The notes under the pieces are model-generated. The model made no database searches, had not been told where the DNA came from, and was given only the letters and a program-made list of their open reading frames with translations. 64,000 bases of DNA from Eledone cirrhosa (lineage: Eukaryota), in NCBI GenBank assembly GCA_964016885.1, contig OZ024744.1, positions 103,478,001-103,542,000 on the forward strand. Direction: 5' to 3'. Position 1 is the stretch's first letter, and each line of letters starts with the position of its first letter. The translations under genes were made by a program, and so were the position numbers. Below, in pieces: positions 24,040 through 37,300 of this stretch.

Positions 24040-25765
24040 GTTTATAACTGATTCAGAGCACTCAACATATTTTCTGGAGTATAATAGACAATGATATTAA
24101 ATAAATGGAAACTATATTTATAAAACCATATTTATTCTATTATATATATTTCAAGGGTACTAAAATTTTGGTACGCTATCATCAGATAAAATACAAAAAC
24201 TAATAATTTATATGGGATGGAAAATGAACAATATAATAACCTTATATTGAAAGAACTCAGAAAAAACTACAAAATAACTTCAAACGAAGATCTGTCAACG
24301 TTAAATAGAGAAGCTTCTGAAATTATTTACAAATTAGACATCCAAAATAGGACTGAACCCTTTATACCTAGAAAACCGAAAATTAACCTGAAGGACCGCA
24401 AAAGAAATTTTGAAATTGAACCACCAGTCAGACTTATAGCACCATCTAAATCAGACTTAGGCATAATTAGCAAACGTATATTAGATAGAATTATACCACT
24501 ACTTAAAGTTAAATCACACCTTAAACTATGGAACGGTACTAATGAAGTTATAGATTAGTTCAATAACATAGAATTAAAACATAACAAAAAATTCATTCAA
24601 ATGGATATTGCAAATTATTACTCCTCTATTACCCCTAGCTTACTTAATAAGGCACTTATATACGCTTCTAAACATACAGACCTATCTAGTGAAGAAATGA
24701 ATATCATTCTAACAGCACGTAAAACACTAATAGAATTTAATAATCATCTCTGGACAAGAGCCGACAGAAAAAGCAATTTTGATATCACTATGGGATCATC
24801 TGACTCGGCGCAAGTAACGGACCTCGTTGGATTATTTATTAATAATGTACTGCATAGGAAAATGTCAGAGATGACCGGAGGTTTATATCGTGATGATATG
24901 TTGCTTTTAATTGAAAACCATAGCAATAGTGATATTAATAGGAAAAGAAAATCCAAAATCCAATTTTTAAACAACTACAATCTTTATTTAGAAATAGAGA
25001 ATAACTACAAAATCGTTAACTTCTTAGATGTAACTTTAAACCTTAGCACAGGTCTTTACTATCCTTGCCATAAAATTAATGAAAATTTAAATTATGTAAG
25101 TTTCAATTCTAATCATCCTAGAAGTATTAAAAACACTATTGTCAATAGCGTCCAACAACGCATTTCACGCATCTCAGCTAATAAAAATACTTTTTTATGA
25201 TAAGGCAGAATATTACAATGAGGCTTTACATAGAGCAGGATACTCAAATAGAATTAAATACATAGATAACAATAACATGATATATCATCCTAGTATTAAC
25301 TTAGACACTAAACCAAACAAAAAAACTGGAACTAGAAATATTATTTGGTTCAAATCAAACTGCCCTTTACAAAATAATTGTTTAGACAAAAACAGTTTAT
25401 AAATGCACAGTTAAAACTAGCGACAAAATATTTAACTATGTTGGTGCCACTCCAAGAAAATTTAAAGAACGCTGGAATAACCATAATCACACTCTTAGGA
25501 GATCTGATAAAAAAATCTTCTACTTCACTTTCACATCTTATATGGGATTTAAAAGACAATAATATAGAATATTCAATATCTTGGAGAAAGATTTCATAAG
25601 CACCTGCATACTGTAATACGGCTTTATCAAGATTCTGTAAATTGTGTATCGAAGAAATTTTTTATATAATTAACTGTCAAAACTCTATTAATCTCAGAAC
25701 AGAATTATTTTCTTCTTGCAAACATCGCCAAAATTCTACGTTCAGAACTATTTTTAATTTATAAT
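24040..25765 (+). mobile_element. Naiad-like Penelope-like element (RT and GIY-YIG), decayed, with an inverted hammerhead-bearing repeat at its 5' end
   Basis: PVRLIAPSKSDLG.ISK.ILD, DIANYYSSI, MGSSD.AQV.DLVGL, GGLYRDD, FLDVTLNL, SNHP; minus-strand CTGATGA...GAAA at about 24148-24185. Confidence 0.88.
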
Positions 25766-26899
25766 ATCCCTATATTGATCCTATTGATCCTATTTTCTTT
25801 AAAAAAATTTAAATGTAAATTTTTTAATATTTTTAATATTTTTTTCATATTTTTCAATATTTTTTTAATATTTTTAATATTTCTGAAATTTTTTATACCT
25901 CTAATATTTATAATATTTTTAATATGTATATTTAATATTTTAATTTCCTACATTATTTTAATTCTGACATTATTTTTAATTCTGACATTCTTTAAATGAC
26001 GTTCTGAAAATTTATCCTCTTTAAGATAGTTCTTCGAAAAACACATTACATTTTTCCTCTCTCTTTTTGTTATCCAAAACATTCACACATCTTTCGACTA
26101 AAATAATGGATCTCACACAAAAGAATATATAATTTTTTCTCTCTAATTTTAATGGTTAACAAACAAAATTGGAGTTATCTTTCCTTTCTCAATCGTTGCA
26201 AACAAACATTCTTCTCAATCGTGCAAACATAACGATTTTTTGTTTGATAATCTACATTTTGTTTGATAATCTACATTAACAATATTCTGAAAACATTCTC
26301 AAAGTTGAAAAAAATGTTTGAATCCACAAATTATTCTACTCTCACAACTTGAACCACCAATTTTTTAAGTAAAATACAAATTCAACATACATCGTAACTC
26401 ATATTTGATATGTAAACAATTAATACATACGCAATTTATTAATATATATATAGATATCTATATACATATAACCTATCCTAATGTAATAAGATAAAAATAC
26501 TTACAACCATAATTCTTCATATAATCTAATTGATTATATATACAATATAACTCATAAAATAATATAGGTAACAAATCTTTTCCCCAAAATTAACGTAAAT
26601 CCTAGCCCTTCTTCCTTTCTCTTCTTTCCTACGCATACAATAACTTATCATAATTATTTAAATTTTCCATAGCGTCTAAAATAACGTTTTTTTTTTCATC
26701 TCTTTTACATAAACCTCATTTGCATACTCATCTTAATAATTTGAAATATCTGACTTTTTTTCTCTTCCCTTCACTTTCCATGGTGAACTTGAACCGTTAA
26801 GGTATATTATCCTTGGTTATATCAAATATTTATAAAACATTTTGTATTTTATTAAAAATAAAAATGTTTTAAAGTGAACGTGACCTAACGTCTAGTGAT

Positions 26900-27165
26900 T
26901 TACAATTGTTCAAAGTCCTGATATTTAGATATCTTCCTCTCATCCATATTACGTGTGACAATATCCAGGTTTGTGGGTGAAGTGACAAGATTGGAGGTGG
27001 AGAACATGTCACATGTGGCATCCCAGATTAGAGATATACTTCCCTCAAGCGGGAAGGGGCTTATCCTGGACCTGTGTTGTTGACTGACCTCATCACCTTG
27101 GTCTTCTTGGTCAACTGTCAGATCGGCAAAGAAGCTGCCGTTTTCCAGCGAATGCAACTTGTCTG
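26900..27165 (-). mobile_element. Highly decayed CRE-like RLE fragment
   Basis: FP.EG.ISLIWDATCD...K.SKY. Confidence 0.5.
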
Positions 27166-27169
27166 GTAG

Positions 27170-27585
27170 TCTTCATGCATCAGCACCGGGATCAAGCTGC
27201 GCCTGTACAAGAGCATCGTGCTGCCGACAATACTTTACGCGAGTGAAACCTGGAAGAGAAACGGCTGAACGGATTCCACCAGCGGTGCCTCCGAAGTATC
27301 CTTTGTGTGTCCTGGCGTGACCAAATGCAAAACGAGGAAAGCCTGCGGATAGCCGAGTCGTTGATGCTGGAGTGGTCACGGAGGGCCGGTGCTGCCTGGC
27401 TGGCCATATTCTTCTCCGCTTGTCCAACAAACGACATTCTAAAACAGCGATGAACTGGACTCCACCTTTCGGGAAAAGGAAGCGAGGTTGCCCCAGGATC
27501 ACCTGGTGACGAACGTTCCCAAAAAGACCTGATGGCAGCCAACATCACTTGATGCGAAAAATCCGCCGCTGATCATGACTGCTCG
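27170..27585 (+). mobile_element. RTE-like LINE 3' fragment
   Basis: IKLRLYKSIVLPTILYASETW, FHQRCLRSIL, GKRKRGCPRITW. Confidence 0.75.
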
Positions 27586-27589
27586 ATGC

Positions 27590-27652
27590 GAACTTTATGT
27601 TATAAGTTCATTGTAGATAGTCTATCTACAATGAACTTATAACATAAAGTTC
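27590..27652. repeat. Perfect palindrome, 31-bp arms with a 1-nt spacer
   Basis: gaactttatgttataagttcattgtagatag-t-ctatctacaatgaacttataacataaagttc. Confidence 0.95.
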
Positions 27653-27686
27653 ATATGAAGATATGTCACTATCTTTAAACCAAACA

Positions 27687-27885
27687 TTGTATTTTATCTG
27701 ACGAAAGCATACCAAAATATTGGTGCCCTTGAAATATGTATAATAAAATAAATATTGTTTTATAAAGATATGCGAACAGAACTGCAGACACTAATGTGTA
27801 TTTTTGAAAATAGCATATATTTTCACTAGCTCTGACAGTGAGCTGTACTGATGAAGGGTGATACCCAGAAACATTAGTGTGTGCA
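27687..27885 (+). ncRNA. Two degenerate hammerhead-like motifs (PLE terminal repeats)
   Basis: CTGACGA...GAAA at about 27698-27734 (family of 24148 and 54388); CTGATGA-agggt(gat)accc-aGAAAC at 27848. Confidence 0.45.
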
Positions 27886-28018
27886 GTTCTGTTCGCATGC
27901 CAACACAAGAGCAAGAATGGAGTGTTCATTCTACTGACATGGCTATAAAATTGAGGCTTGTTTGCATAATTGCAAACGAATCGAATATTATTATTAATAT
28001 TCGAAAAACTCAGATTAC

Positions 28019-28079
<61 letters not shown>

Positions 28080-28348
28080 GCGAGAAACAACCCGCCGGAC
28101 AGACAGCAGTCTCAGGGTTTGCCAGATATGTGAAATTATGTAGATAGACCAACAGTGTTGTTAGACTACATGTTAGAAAGTTATGCAGGGATACACTCAG
28201 AAATTTGAGCTGATATAACTGGTTACTCATCACAAAGTTGTTGATCCCCTTGTGGGGGGAAGAGGCCTAAAAACTGAACACTAATCTCTGATCTCAATCA
28301 GATGAACAATAACTTGAATCATCGACTGTCTCATACACAAGACAAGAA

Positions 28349-28465
<117 letters not shown>

Positions 28466-28485
28466 TGCCTGTCTGTCTGTCTGTG

Positions 28486-28521
<36 letters not shown>

Positions 28522-28779
28522 TGTGCGCACATTTTCTTACTTTTGTGCCACAATGTAGTACCTCAAGAAATAGAAATCTCTAATAAGACTGAAGATAGTA
28601 GAGGCTTCAAGATGATCAATGAAACTGTTTAAGACATTGCCCTATATGACTGTAGCCCAGTAATAATGACTGAAACCAAACCAGTGAAAAGTCACATTCG
28701 TTGTTACTGTTCATTTGTTATGTGTGTGCAACTAAAACAGTATTATATCCCATCACCTTTTAACATAAACATCACACAA

Positions 28780-29995
28780 TTAATGCCGAAGCTCCTCTAT
28801 ACACTCCGCAGCGCACCATGCTACACCTAGACATCTCTCCTCGTTGACCTCGATACTTGTATCCGAGCAGCAGCCGAGGGGATATGCAACGTCAAGTTTG
28901 ACGACATAGGGTGGCAACAGGCTACTTTACCGGTCAGGTATGACGGCCTTGGCCTCCGGTCCTCGATCTCACTAGCTTTGCCGGCGTATCTTTCGTCGGT
29001 AACCTCGTGCCGCGTCTTCGTCAGCAGGGTTCTTCAAAACACAACAGAACCCTCTGTGTTCAGAGAACGTGAGGCCTCCTGTGAGACGTGGGACCGGCAG
29101 GGACTTAGCCAAGTAGACGCCCCTCCTGCTTCTCCCCCTATTGACGTCAAGTCCCCCCAACGCACTTGGGATGCCATCCAGTGCAGACTGGTCTCAGACA
29201 GGCTCACGCGCCAGCTCGACAAGCACCGCCTTGCTTGTTTTCGTGCGGCCTCCAAACCCCACAGTGGTGCTTGGCTCCATGCCCTGCCCTCCTTCTCCAC
29301 TGGCACGCAGCTAGACAACCATAGCCTGCGAATCGGCGTTTCCTTGAGGCTCGGCCTCCGGATCTGCCAGCTACACCAATGTCGCTGCGGTTCCACCGTG
29401 GACTCTTTCGGCCTCCACCCGCTTTCCTGTCGCCACAGTGCCGGCCGCATTCCACGCCATACTGCCCTCAACGAGGTCATTAAGCATGGCTTGGACGCTG
29501 CAGGCTTCCCTTCCCAGCTCGAGCCGGTGGGGCTGGATCGAGGGGACAGCAAAAGGCCAGATGGCATGACCATCTTCCCGTTCCGTGGTGGCAAACCCCT
29601 CGTCTGGGATGCCACTTGCACCGACACTTTCTGCAGCCGCAACCTGGTGCAGTCTGCGACTGACCCAGGTTCTGCTGCACGTCGGGCTGAGGTGGCCAAA
29701 CTCCTCAAATACCGGTCACTCTCCGACAGGTTTGCGGTCGTTTCCCTGGCAGTGGAGACGTCTGGTGTCCTCGGCCTCAGGGCTACTTCCTTACTCACCA
29801 CCATAGGCGCTGAGCTGGCCAGCCGCAGGTTTGAGCCCCGCGAGTTGGAGTGGCTTTTCCAGCGCGACTCCCTTGCCGTCCTCCGGGGAAACGCCTTCTC
29901 CATTCTATCCGCCGGGACTGTGGGTGGACCCCGTCGTGTACCAATACATTAGTTAAATACCATTCTTTTATCTGATACAACACAATAAAGACTAA
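28780..29995 (+). mobile_element. CRE-like non-LTR retrotransposon, 5'-truncated (post-RT, CCHC and RLE)
   Basis: ORF 28978-29952: SGAWLHALP, LRLGL, CRCG..H..SC, RPDG, WDATC, AVETSG, LRGNA. Confidence 0.88.
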
Positions 29996-30484
29996 AGTGT
30001 TTTTTTTGTTTTTTTTTTAAATTAAGGAGCTTATAGCAAGCAATGGCACTATTCCATAGCTGCGGAATAATTTGGTCGTACTTTGTCACTCGCCAGCCCT
30101 TAGGCGTGGCGGTGTATGAATACCAAACGTCGACCTCCACACAACAGTTGCTTTGCGCCTTTTTTTACTTTTGCCTATCAGTTGCGGCTTTATTTTCGTG
30201 GGCATAAGAAGTTACTAATGGCGTTCCTTGGAGCAACTGGCAAGAGGAAGCACTTACCAAGGAACTTTGGTCCTCTCGGCAAGGGCCCAGCAACATCCTT
30301 CCTAGATATATTTCACACACGTTGTTATCCTTCAACTCAACTATGCCTTTCTGATACCAATATTTGATACAACATGTAGAGACTTATTACCAACGTGGTT
30401 ACGTCTCAGATTATTACTGAGCGGAACAACGTAACTACGTTTCTGGATTTTCTTATTTCAAATACATTTTTATTGTTCAACTTA

Positions 30485-30572
30485 ATAATTGTTTCTACTT
30501 TTTGGCACAAGGCCAGCAATTATCCCAGTATATTACTGGTACTTTATTTTATCGACCCCGTAAGGATGAAAA
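30485..30572 (-). mobile_element. Partial SINE, 6025 family
   Basis: Reverse complement of the SINE 3' half. Confidence 0.7.
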
Positions 30573-31040
30573 TAATCCGGTATGCTACCAGCTTTTCAAT
30601 CTCCTTTCTTTATATTAATTTACGGAAGAAAATAAACCCTTGTTATATTTTAACGTGTGCTTTCTGAATCGATCCTTCCACGTGGACTAAAAACATAAAC
30701 ACGCAGCCTATAAATCTATATCATCTCTTTCGGATCCTTTATACCACCAACGCACAATACCAGTAACCAACGAAATGTTTAATTGCTAAAATCTTTAACA
30801 TACTCTGATATGTGATGGTATCTACTTAGTGTATTGACATCTACTCTCCAGAACTGGCTGACCTCATTCTACCTTCATCTAGGTACTTTTGTCTCGCCTC
30901 CAACTCCTCAGACCGAGCAATGTCCACTTTGTACAATCTTTCCTCCCCAGAACATCATTCCACTGGAATTCTTTCTCTGTGTTTTCACCATTCCGAGGCC
31001 GAGTTATTCCGTACTTCTCTGTACTGTTATATATATATAT

Positions 31041-31647
<607 letters not shown>

Positions 31648-31757
31648 CGTTTTCGGTACCCCGACCGATTAACTCACGCGATATGCAAATTAGGCTGCTC
31701 AGCCGTTAATATGCATAAGGAAAGTATATACTTTCAGACGTTCAACCATCTGGCAGG

Positions 31758-31812
31758 AAGGTATGCGTTGCTGAAGATAGCTAATAAGCTTGAAACTAGT
31801 ACAGCGTTCCTT
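31758..31812 (+). ncRNA. Minimal type I hammerhead ribozyme with intact core
   Basis: aaggtatgcgttg-CTGAAGA-t-agct(aata)agct-t-GAAAC-ta-GTA-cagcgttcctt; palindromic stem III ACTAGT. Confidence 0.7.
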
Positions 31813-31952
31813 TGTCAGTGTTGAACAAATGAGCAACGATGGTTGCTAGACACTGTACTGCTTAATTCGGGATGTTTGTTTACAAACACACCGTGCATTA
31901 TAATAAATGTTCGGTGAATCCATACGTACATATATATGTGTGCATGTATGTA

Positions 31953-32014
<62 letters not shown>

Positions 32015-32056
32015 CTACTGTACGTCTGTATACATATATGTATGTACATATACATA

Positions 32057-32100
<44 letters not shown>

Positions 32101-32641
32101 TATATTCGTGTACAGTTATTTTTGCATACACAATAACAAAATATAAACAAACGTATTTATTTCACGAGGCTCGATAAGGATAAATATATATCAAATATAT
32201 AAGAACCCTAGAGCAAATCCTGAGCAACGCCGGGCCATTCTGCTAGTCTATATATCTAAAACAGAGAATGTATGTCCGTCTGTCCGATCACTAAAACTCG
32301 AGAACAATCCAACCGATTGTTTTCAAATGTAATACTTCTGATGCTGTGAGTGTTTTGAGCAAAAATAATTTCAAATTTTCAATGCCCTACAGACCGCGTT
32401 AGGCGCCGTTTAGCGATCTCTCTCTATAACTCTTAGTCTTTCTCTTTTTAGATAGATACATATGAGGGCAATCCCAAAAATAAGGTCTCCTTCCGATATT
32501 GCAACTTTTCCGTTAAAATCCTGTGGATGGTGCTTCGGGAAACCTCAGGAACCAAAATGCAGAGAGCATCCAGAGTGATCCGCCGATCTTTACGCATGTT
32601 TTCCTCGGAAGGAGACCTAACTTTTGGGATTGCCTTCTATA

Positions 32642-32825
32642 TAATAACTGTTTCTACTTTAGGCACAAGGCCAGCAATTACCCAGTACATTATTTTATCG
32701 ACCCCGTAAGGATGAAAGGCAAAGTTAACCTCGCCGGGATTTGAACTCAGACCGTAAAGGGATGTAACTATGCTAGAAAGCATGGCGTCCGACCCTCTAT
32801 CGATACTGCCAATTCACTGCCCTCT
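32642..32825 (-). mobile_element. Full-length SINE, 6025 family
   Basis: Reverse complement of 8652-8838. Confidence 0.85.
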
Positions 32826-32988
32826 AAATAATAACTGCGCGAAATTCGCACTTGGCGGTAGCGTTCAACGGGAGCTCCATTCTCAACGGCTGCCAAGCCA
32901 AGGTTGAGCATCCCAGCGAAGTGCGCGCATACTTGTTTGGGAGTGAAGGAGGCACCAATCACAACAGTGTTGCCAACAGTTTCTCTGC

Positions 32989-34035
32989 GTAGTGGTAGGT
33001 GGTGGTAATAGTAGGTGGTGGTGGTAATAGGTAGTGGTGGTAGTAGAAGTAGGTGGTGGTGGTAGTAGTAGGTGGTGGTGGTAGTAGTAGGTGGTGGTGC
33101 TAGTAGGTGGTGGTGGTAGTAGTAGGTGGTGGTGGTAGAAATAGGTGGTGGTGGTAGTAGGTTGTGGTGGTAGTAGTAGGTGGTGGTAGTAGTAGGTTGT
33201 GGTGGTAGTAGGTTGTGGTGGTGGTAGTAGGTTGTGGTGGTAGTAGTAGGTAGTGGTGGTAATAGGTAGTGGTGGTGGTAGAAATAGGTGGTGGTAGTAG
33301 GTTGTGGTGGTAATAGGTAGTGGTGGTGGTAGTAGTAGGTGGTGGTAGAAATAGGTGGTGGTAGTAGGTTGTGGTGGTAGTAGTAGGTGGTGGTGGTAGT
33401 AGTAGGTGGTAGTAGAAGTAGGTGGTGGTGGTAGTAGTAGGTTATGGTGGTAGTAGTAGGTGGTGGTGGTAATAGGTGGTGGTGGTAGTAGGTTGTGGTG
33501 GTAGTAGTAGGTGGTGGTGGTAATAGGTAGTGGTGGTGGTAGAAATAGGTGGTGGTAGTAGTAGGTGGTGGTGGTAGTAGTAGGTGGTGGTGGTAGTAGT
33601 AGGTGGTGGTAGTAGAAGTAGGTGGTGGTGGTTGTAGTAGGTGGTGGTGGTAGTAGTAGGTGGTGGTGGTAATAGTAGGTGGTGGTGGTAATAGGTAGTG
33701 GTGGTAGTAGAAGTAGGTGGTGATGGTAGTAGTAGGTGGTGGTGGTAGTAGTAGGTAGTGGTGGTGGTAGCAATAGGTGGTGGTAGAAATAGGTGGTGGT
33801 AGTAGTAGTAGGTAGTGGTGGTGGTGGTGGTGGTAGTAGTAGGTGGTGGTAGTAGTAGTAGTAGGTGGTGGTGGTAGTAGGTGGTGGTGGTGGCCATAGT
33901 AGGTGGTGGTGGTGGCAGTAGTAGTAGGTAGTGGTGGCAGTAGTAGTAGTAGTAGGTGGTGGTGGTGGTGGTAGTAGTAGTAGTAGGTGGTGGTGGTAGT
34001 AGTAGGTGGTGGTAGTGGTAGCAGTAGTAGGTGGT
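32989..34035. repeat. (GGT/AGT)n cryptic triplet satellite
   Basis: Runs of GGT and AGT punctuated by AGGT. Confidence 0.95.
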
Positions 34036-34201
34036 GACCTTACCTTTGGGATTACCCTCGTAGATATAACGTTGCGCCCTTATATCTGTCTGTATGCCTG
34101 GCTGTCTGCATTACGTCATTATGTGGCGGTGTGTGTGTGTGTATGTATATATATATTGTGTGTATATATAGTGTGTGTATATATATATATATAGTGTGTG
34201 T

Positions 34202-34266
34202 AACTACTACCACCACCTACTACTACTACTACTACTACCACCACCTACCACCACCATCTACTACTG

Positions 34267-34307
<41 letters not shown>

Positions 34308-34318
34308 TTCTACTACTG

Positions 34319-34359
<41 letters not shown>

Positions 34360-37300
34360 TTCTACTACTACTATGACCACCACCTACTACTGCCACCACC
34401 ACCACCTACTACTACTACTACCACTACCACTACCACCTTCTACTACCACCACCTACTACTACCACCACCACCTACTACTACTACTACCACTACCACCACC
34501 TACTACTACTACTACCACCACCTACTACTACCACCATCACCTACTACTACTACCACTACCACCACCACCTACTACTACTACTACCACCACCATCTACTAC
34601 TACTACTACTACCACCACCACCTACTACTGCTACCACCACCACCTCCTACTGCCACCACCACCACCACCTACTACTACTACCACTACCACCACGACCTAC
34701 TACTACTACCACCACCACCTACTTCTACCCCACCTACTACTACTAGTACCACCTACTACTGCCACCACCACCACCACCTACTACTACAACCACCACCTAC
34801 TACTACCACCACCTACTACTACCACCACCACCTACTACTACCACCACCACCCACTACTACCACCACCTACTACCACCACCACCACCTACTACTACCACCA
34901 CCTACTACTACCACCACCTACTACCACCACCACCACCTACTACTACCACCACCATCTACTACCACCACCACCACCTACTACTACCACCACCACCTACTAC
35001 TACCACCACCACCACCTACTACCACCACCACCACCTACTACCACCACCACCACCTACTACTACCACCACCTACTACCACCACCACCACCTACTACTACCA
35101 CCACCTACTACTACCACCACCACCTACTACCGCCACCACCACCACCACCTACTTCTACCACCACCTACTACCACCACCACCTACTACTACCACCACCATC
35201 TACTACCACCACCACCACCTACTACTACCACCACCTACTACTACCACCACCATCTACTACCACCACCACCACCTACTACTACCACCACCACCTACTACTA
35301 CCACCACCACCTACTACCACCACCACCTACTACTACCACCACCACCTACTACCGCCACCACCACCACCACCTACTTCTACCACCACCTACTACCACCACC
35401 ACCTACTACTACCACCACCATCTACTAACACCACCACCATCTACTAACACCACCACCACCTACTACTACCACCACCACCTACTACCACCACCACCTACTA
35501 CTACCACCACCACCTACTACTACCACCACCTACTACTACTACCACCACCACCTACTACTACCACCACCACCTACTACTACCACCACCACCTACTACTACC
35601 ACCACCACCTACTACTACCACCACCACCTACTACCACCACCACCTACTACTACCACCAACACCTACTACCACCACCACCTACTACTACCACCACCACCTA
35701 CTACCACCACCACCTACTACCACCACCACCTACTACTACCACCACCACCTACTACTACCACCACCACCTACTACCACCACCACCTACTACTACCACCACC
35801 ACCTACTACCTACTACTACCACCACCCCTACTACCACCACCACCTACTACTACCACCACCACCTACTACTACCACCACCACCTACTACTATCAGCACCTA
35901 CTACTACCACCACTACTACTACTACCACCACCACCTACTACTACCACCACCACCACCTACTACTACCACCACCTACTACCACCACCACCACCTACTACTA
36001 CCACCACCACCTACTACTACCACCACCTACTACTACTACCACCACCACCTACTACTACCACCACCACCTACTACTACCACCACCACCTACTACTACCACC
36101 ACCACCTTCTACTACCACCACCATCTACTACCACCACCACCACCTACTACTACTACCACCACCTACTACTACCACCACCACCTACTACTACTATCAACAC
36201 CTACTACTACCACCACCTATTTCTACCACCACCACCTACTACTACCACCACCACTACATACTACTACCACCACCACCTACTACTACCACCACCACCTACT
36301 ACTACCACCACCACCTTCTACTACCACCACCACCTACTACTACCACCACCTACTACTACTACCACCACCACCTACTACTACCACCACCACCTACTACCAC
36401 CACCACCTACTACTACCACCACCACCTACTACTACCACCACCACCTACTACTACCACCACCATCTACTACCACCACCACCACCTACTACTACCACCACCA
36501 CCTACTACTACCACCACCACCACCTACTACTACCACCACCTACTACTACCACCACCTACTACTACTACCACCACCTACGACTGCTACCACCACCACCTAT
36601 TACTACCACCACCTACTACTACCACCACCACCTACTACTACCACCACCTACTACTACTACCACCACCTACTACTACTACCACCACCACCTACTACTACCA
36701 CCACCACCTACTACTACTACCACCACCTACTACTACCACCACCACCTACTACCACCACCACCTACTACTACTACCACCACCTACTACTACTACCACCACC
36801 ACCTACTACTACCACCACCTACTACCACCACCACCTACTACTACTACCACCACCTACTACTACTACCACCACCTACTACTACCACCACCACCTACTACCA
36901 CCACCACCTACTACTACCACCACCACCTACTACTACCACCACCACCACCTACTACCACCACCACCTACTACTACCACCACCTACTACTACCACCACCACC
37001 TACTACTACCACCACCACCTTCTACCACCACCTACTACTACTACCACCACCACCTACCACCACCCCCACCTACTACTACCACCACCACCACCACCTACCA
37101 CTACTACCACCACCTACTACTACCACCACCTACTACTACCAACACCACCTACTACTACCACCACCTACTACTACCACCACCACCTACTACCACCACCACC
37201 ACCTACTACTACCACCACCACCCACTACTACCACCATCTACTACCACCACCACCACCTACTACTACCACCACCACCTACTACTACCACCACCACCCACTA

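Larger units (their letters stand above)
32463..34060. mobile_element. Mariner-like MITE composite with TA duplication
   Basis: Left TIR tgagggcaatcccaaaaataaggtctcc; right TIRs at 32611-32639 and 34036-34060. Confidence 0.65.
32095..34135 (+). mobile_element. Non-autonomous Helitron units joined head to tail (CTAG|TC at about 32246), the second interrupted by a mariner-like MITE composite
   Basis: gcaacgccgggccattctgCTAG|TCtatatatctaaaacagag; Helitron sequence resumes after 34062 and matches 41290 onward. Confidence 0.7.

Noticed and set aside
19848-25765. Selenocysteine recoding in the Naiad-like elements
   Set aside because: The conserved Cys positions are TGT/TGC, and the in-frame stops I could align are TAA or TAG, not TGA.
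32883-35428. Long Pro/Thr/Tyr/His-rich ORFs resembling extensin or mucin
   Set aside because: They are translations of a triplet satellite that cycles through all three frames; there is no signal peptide or splice structure.
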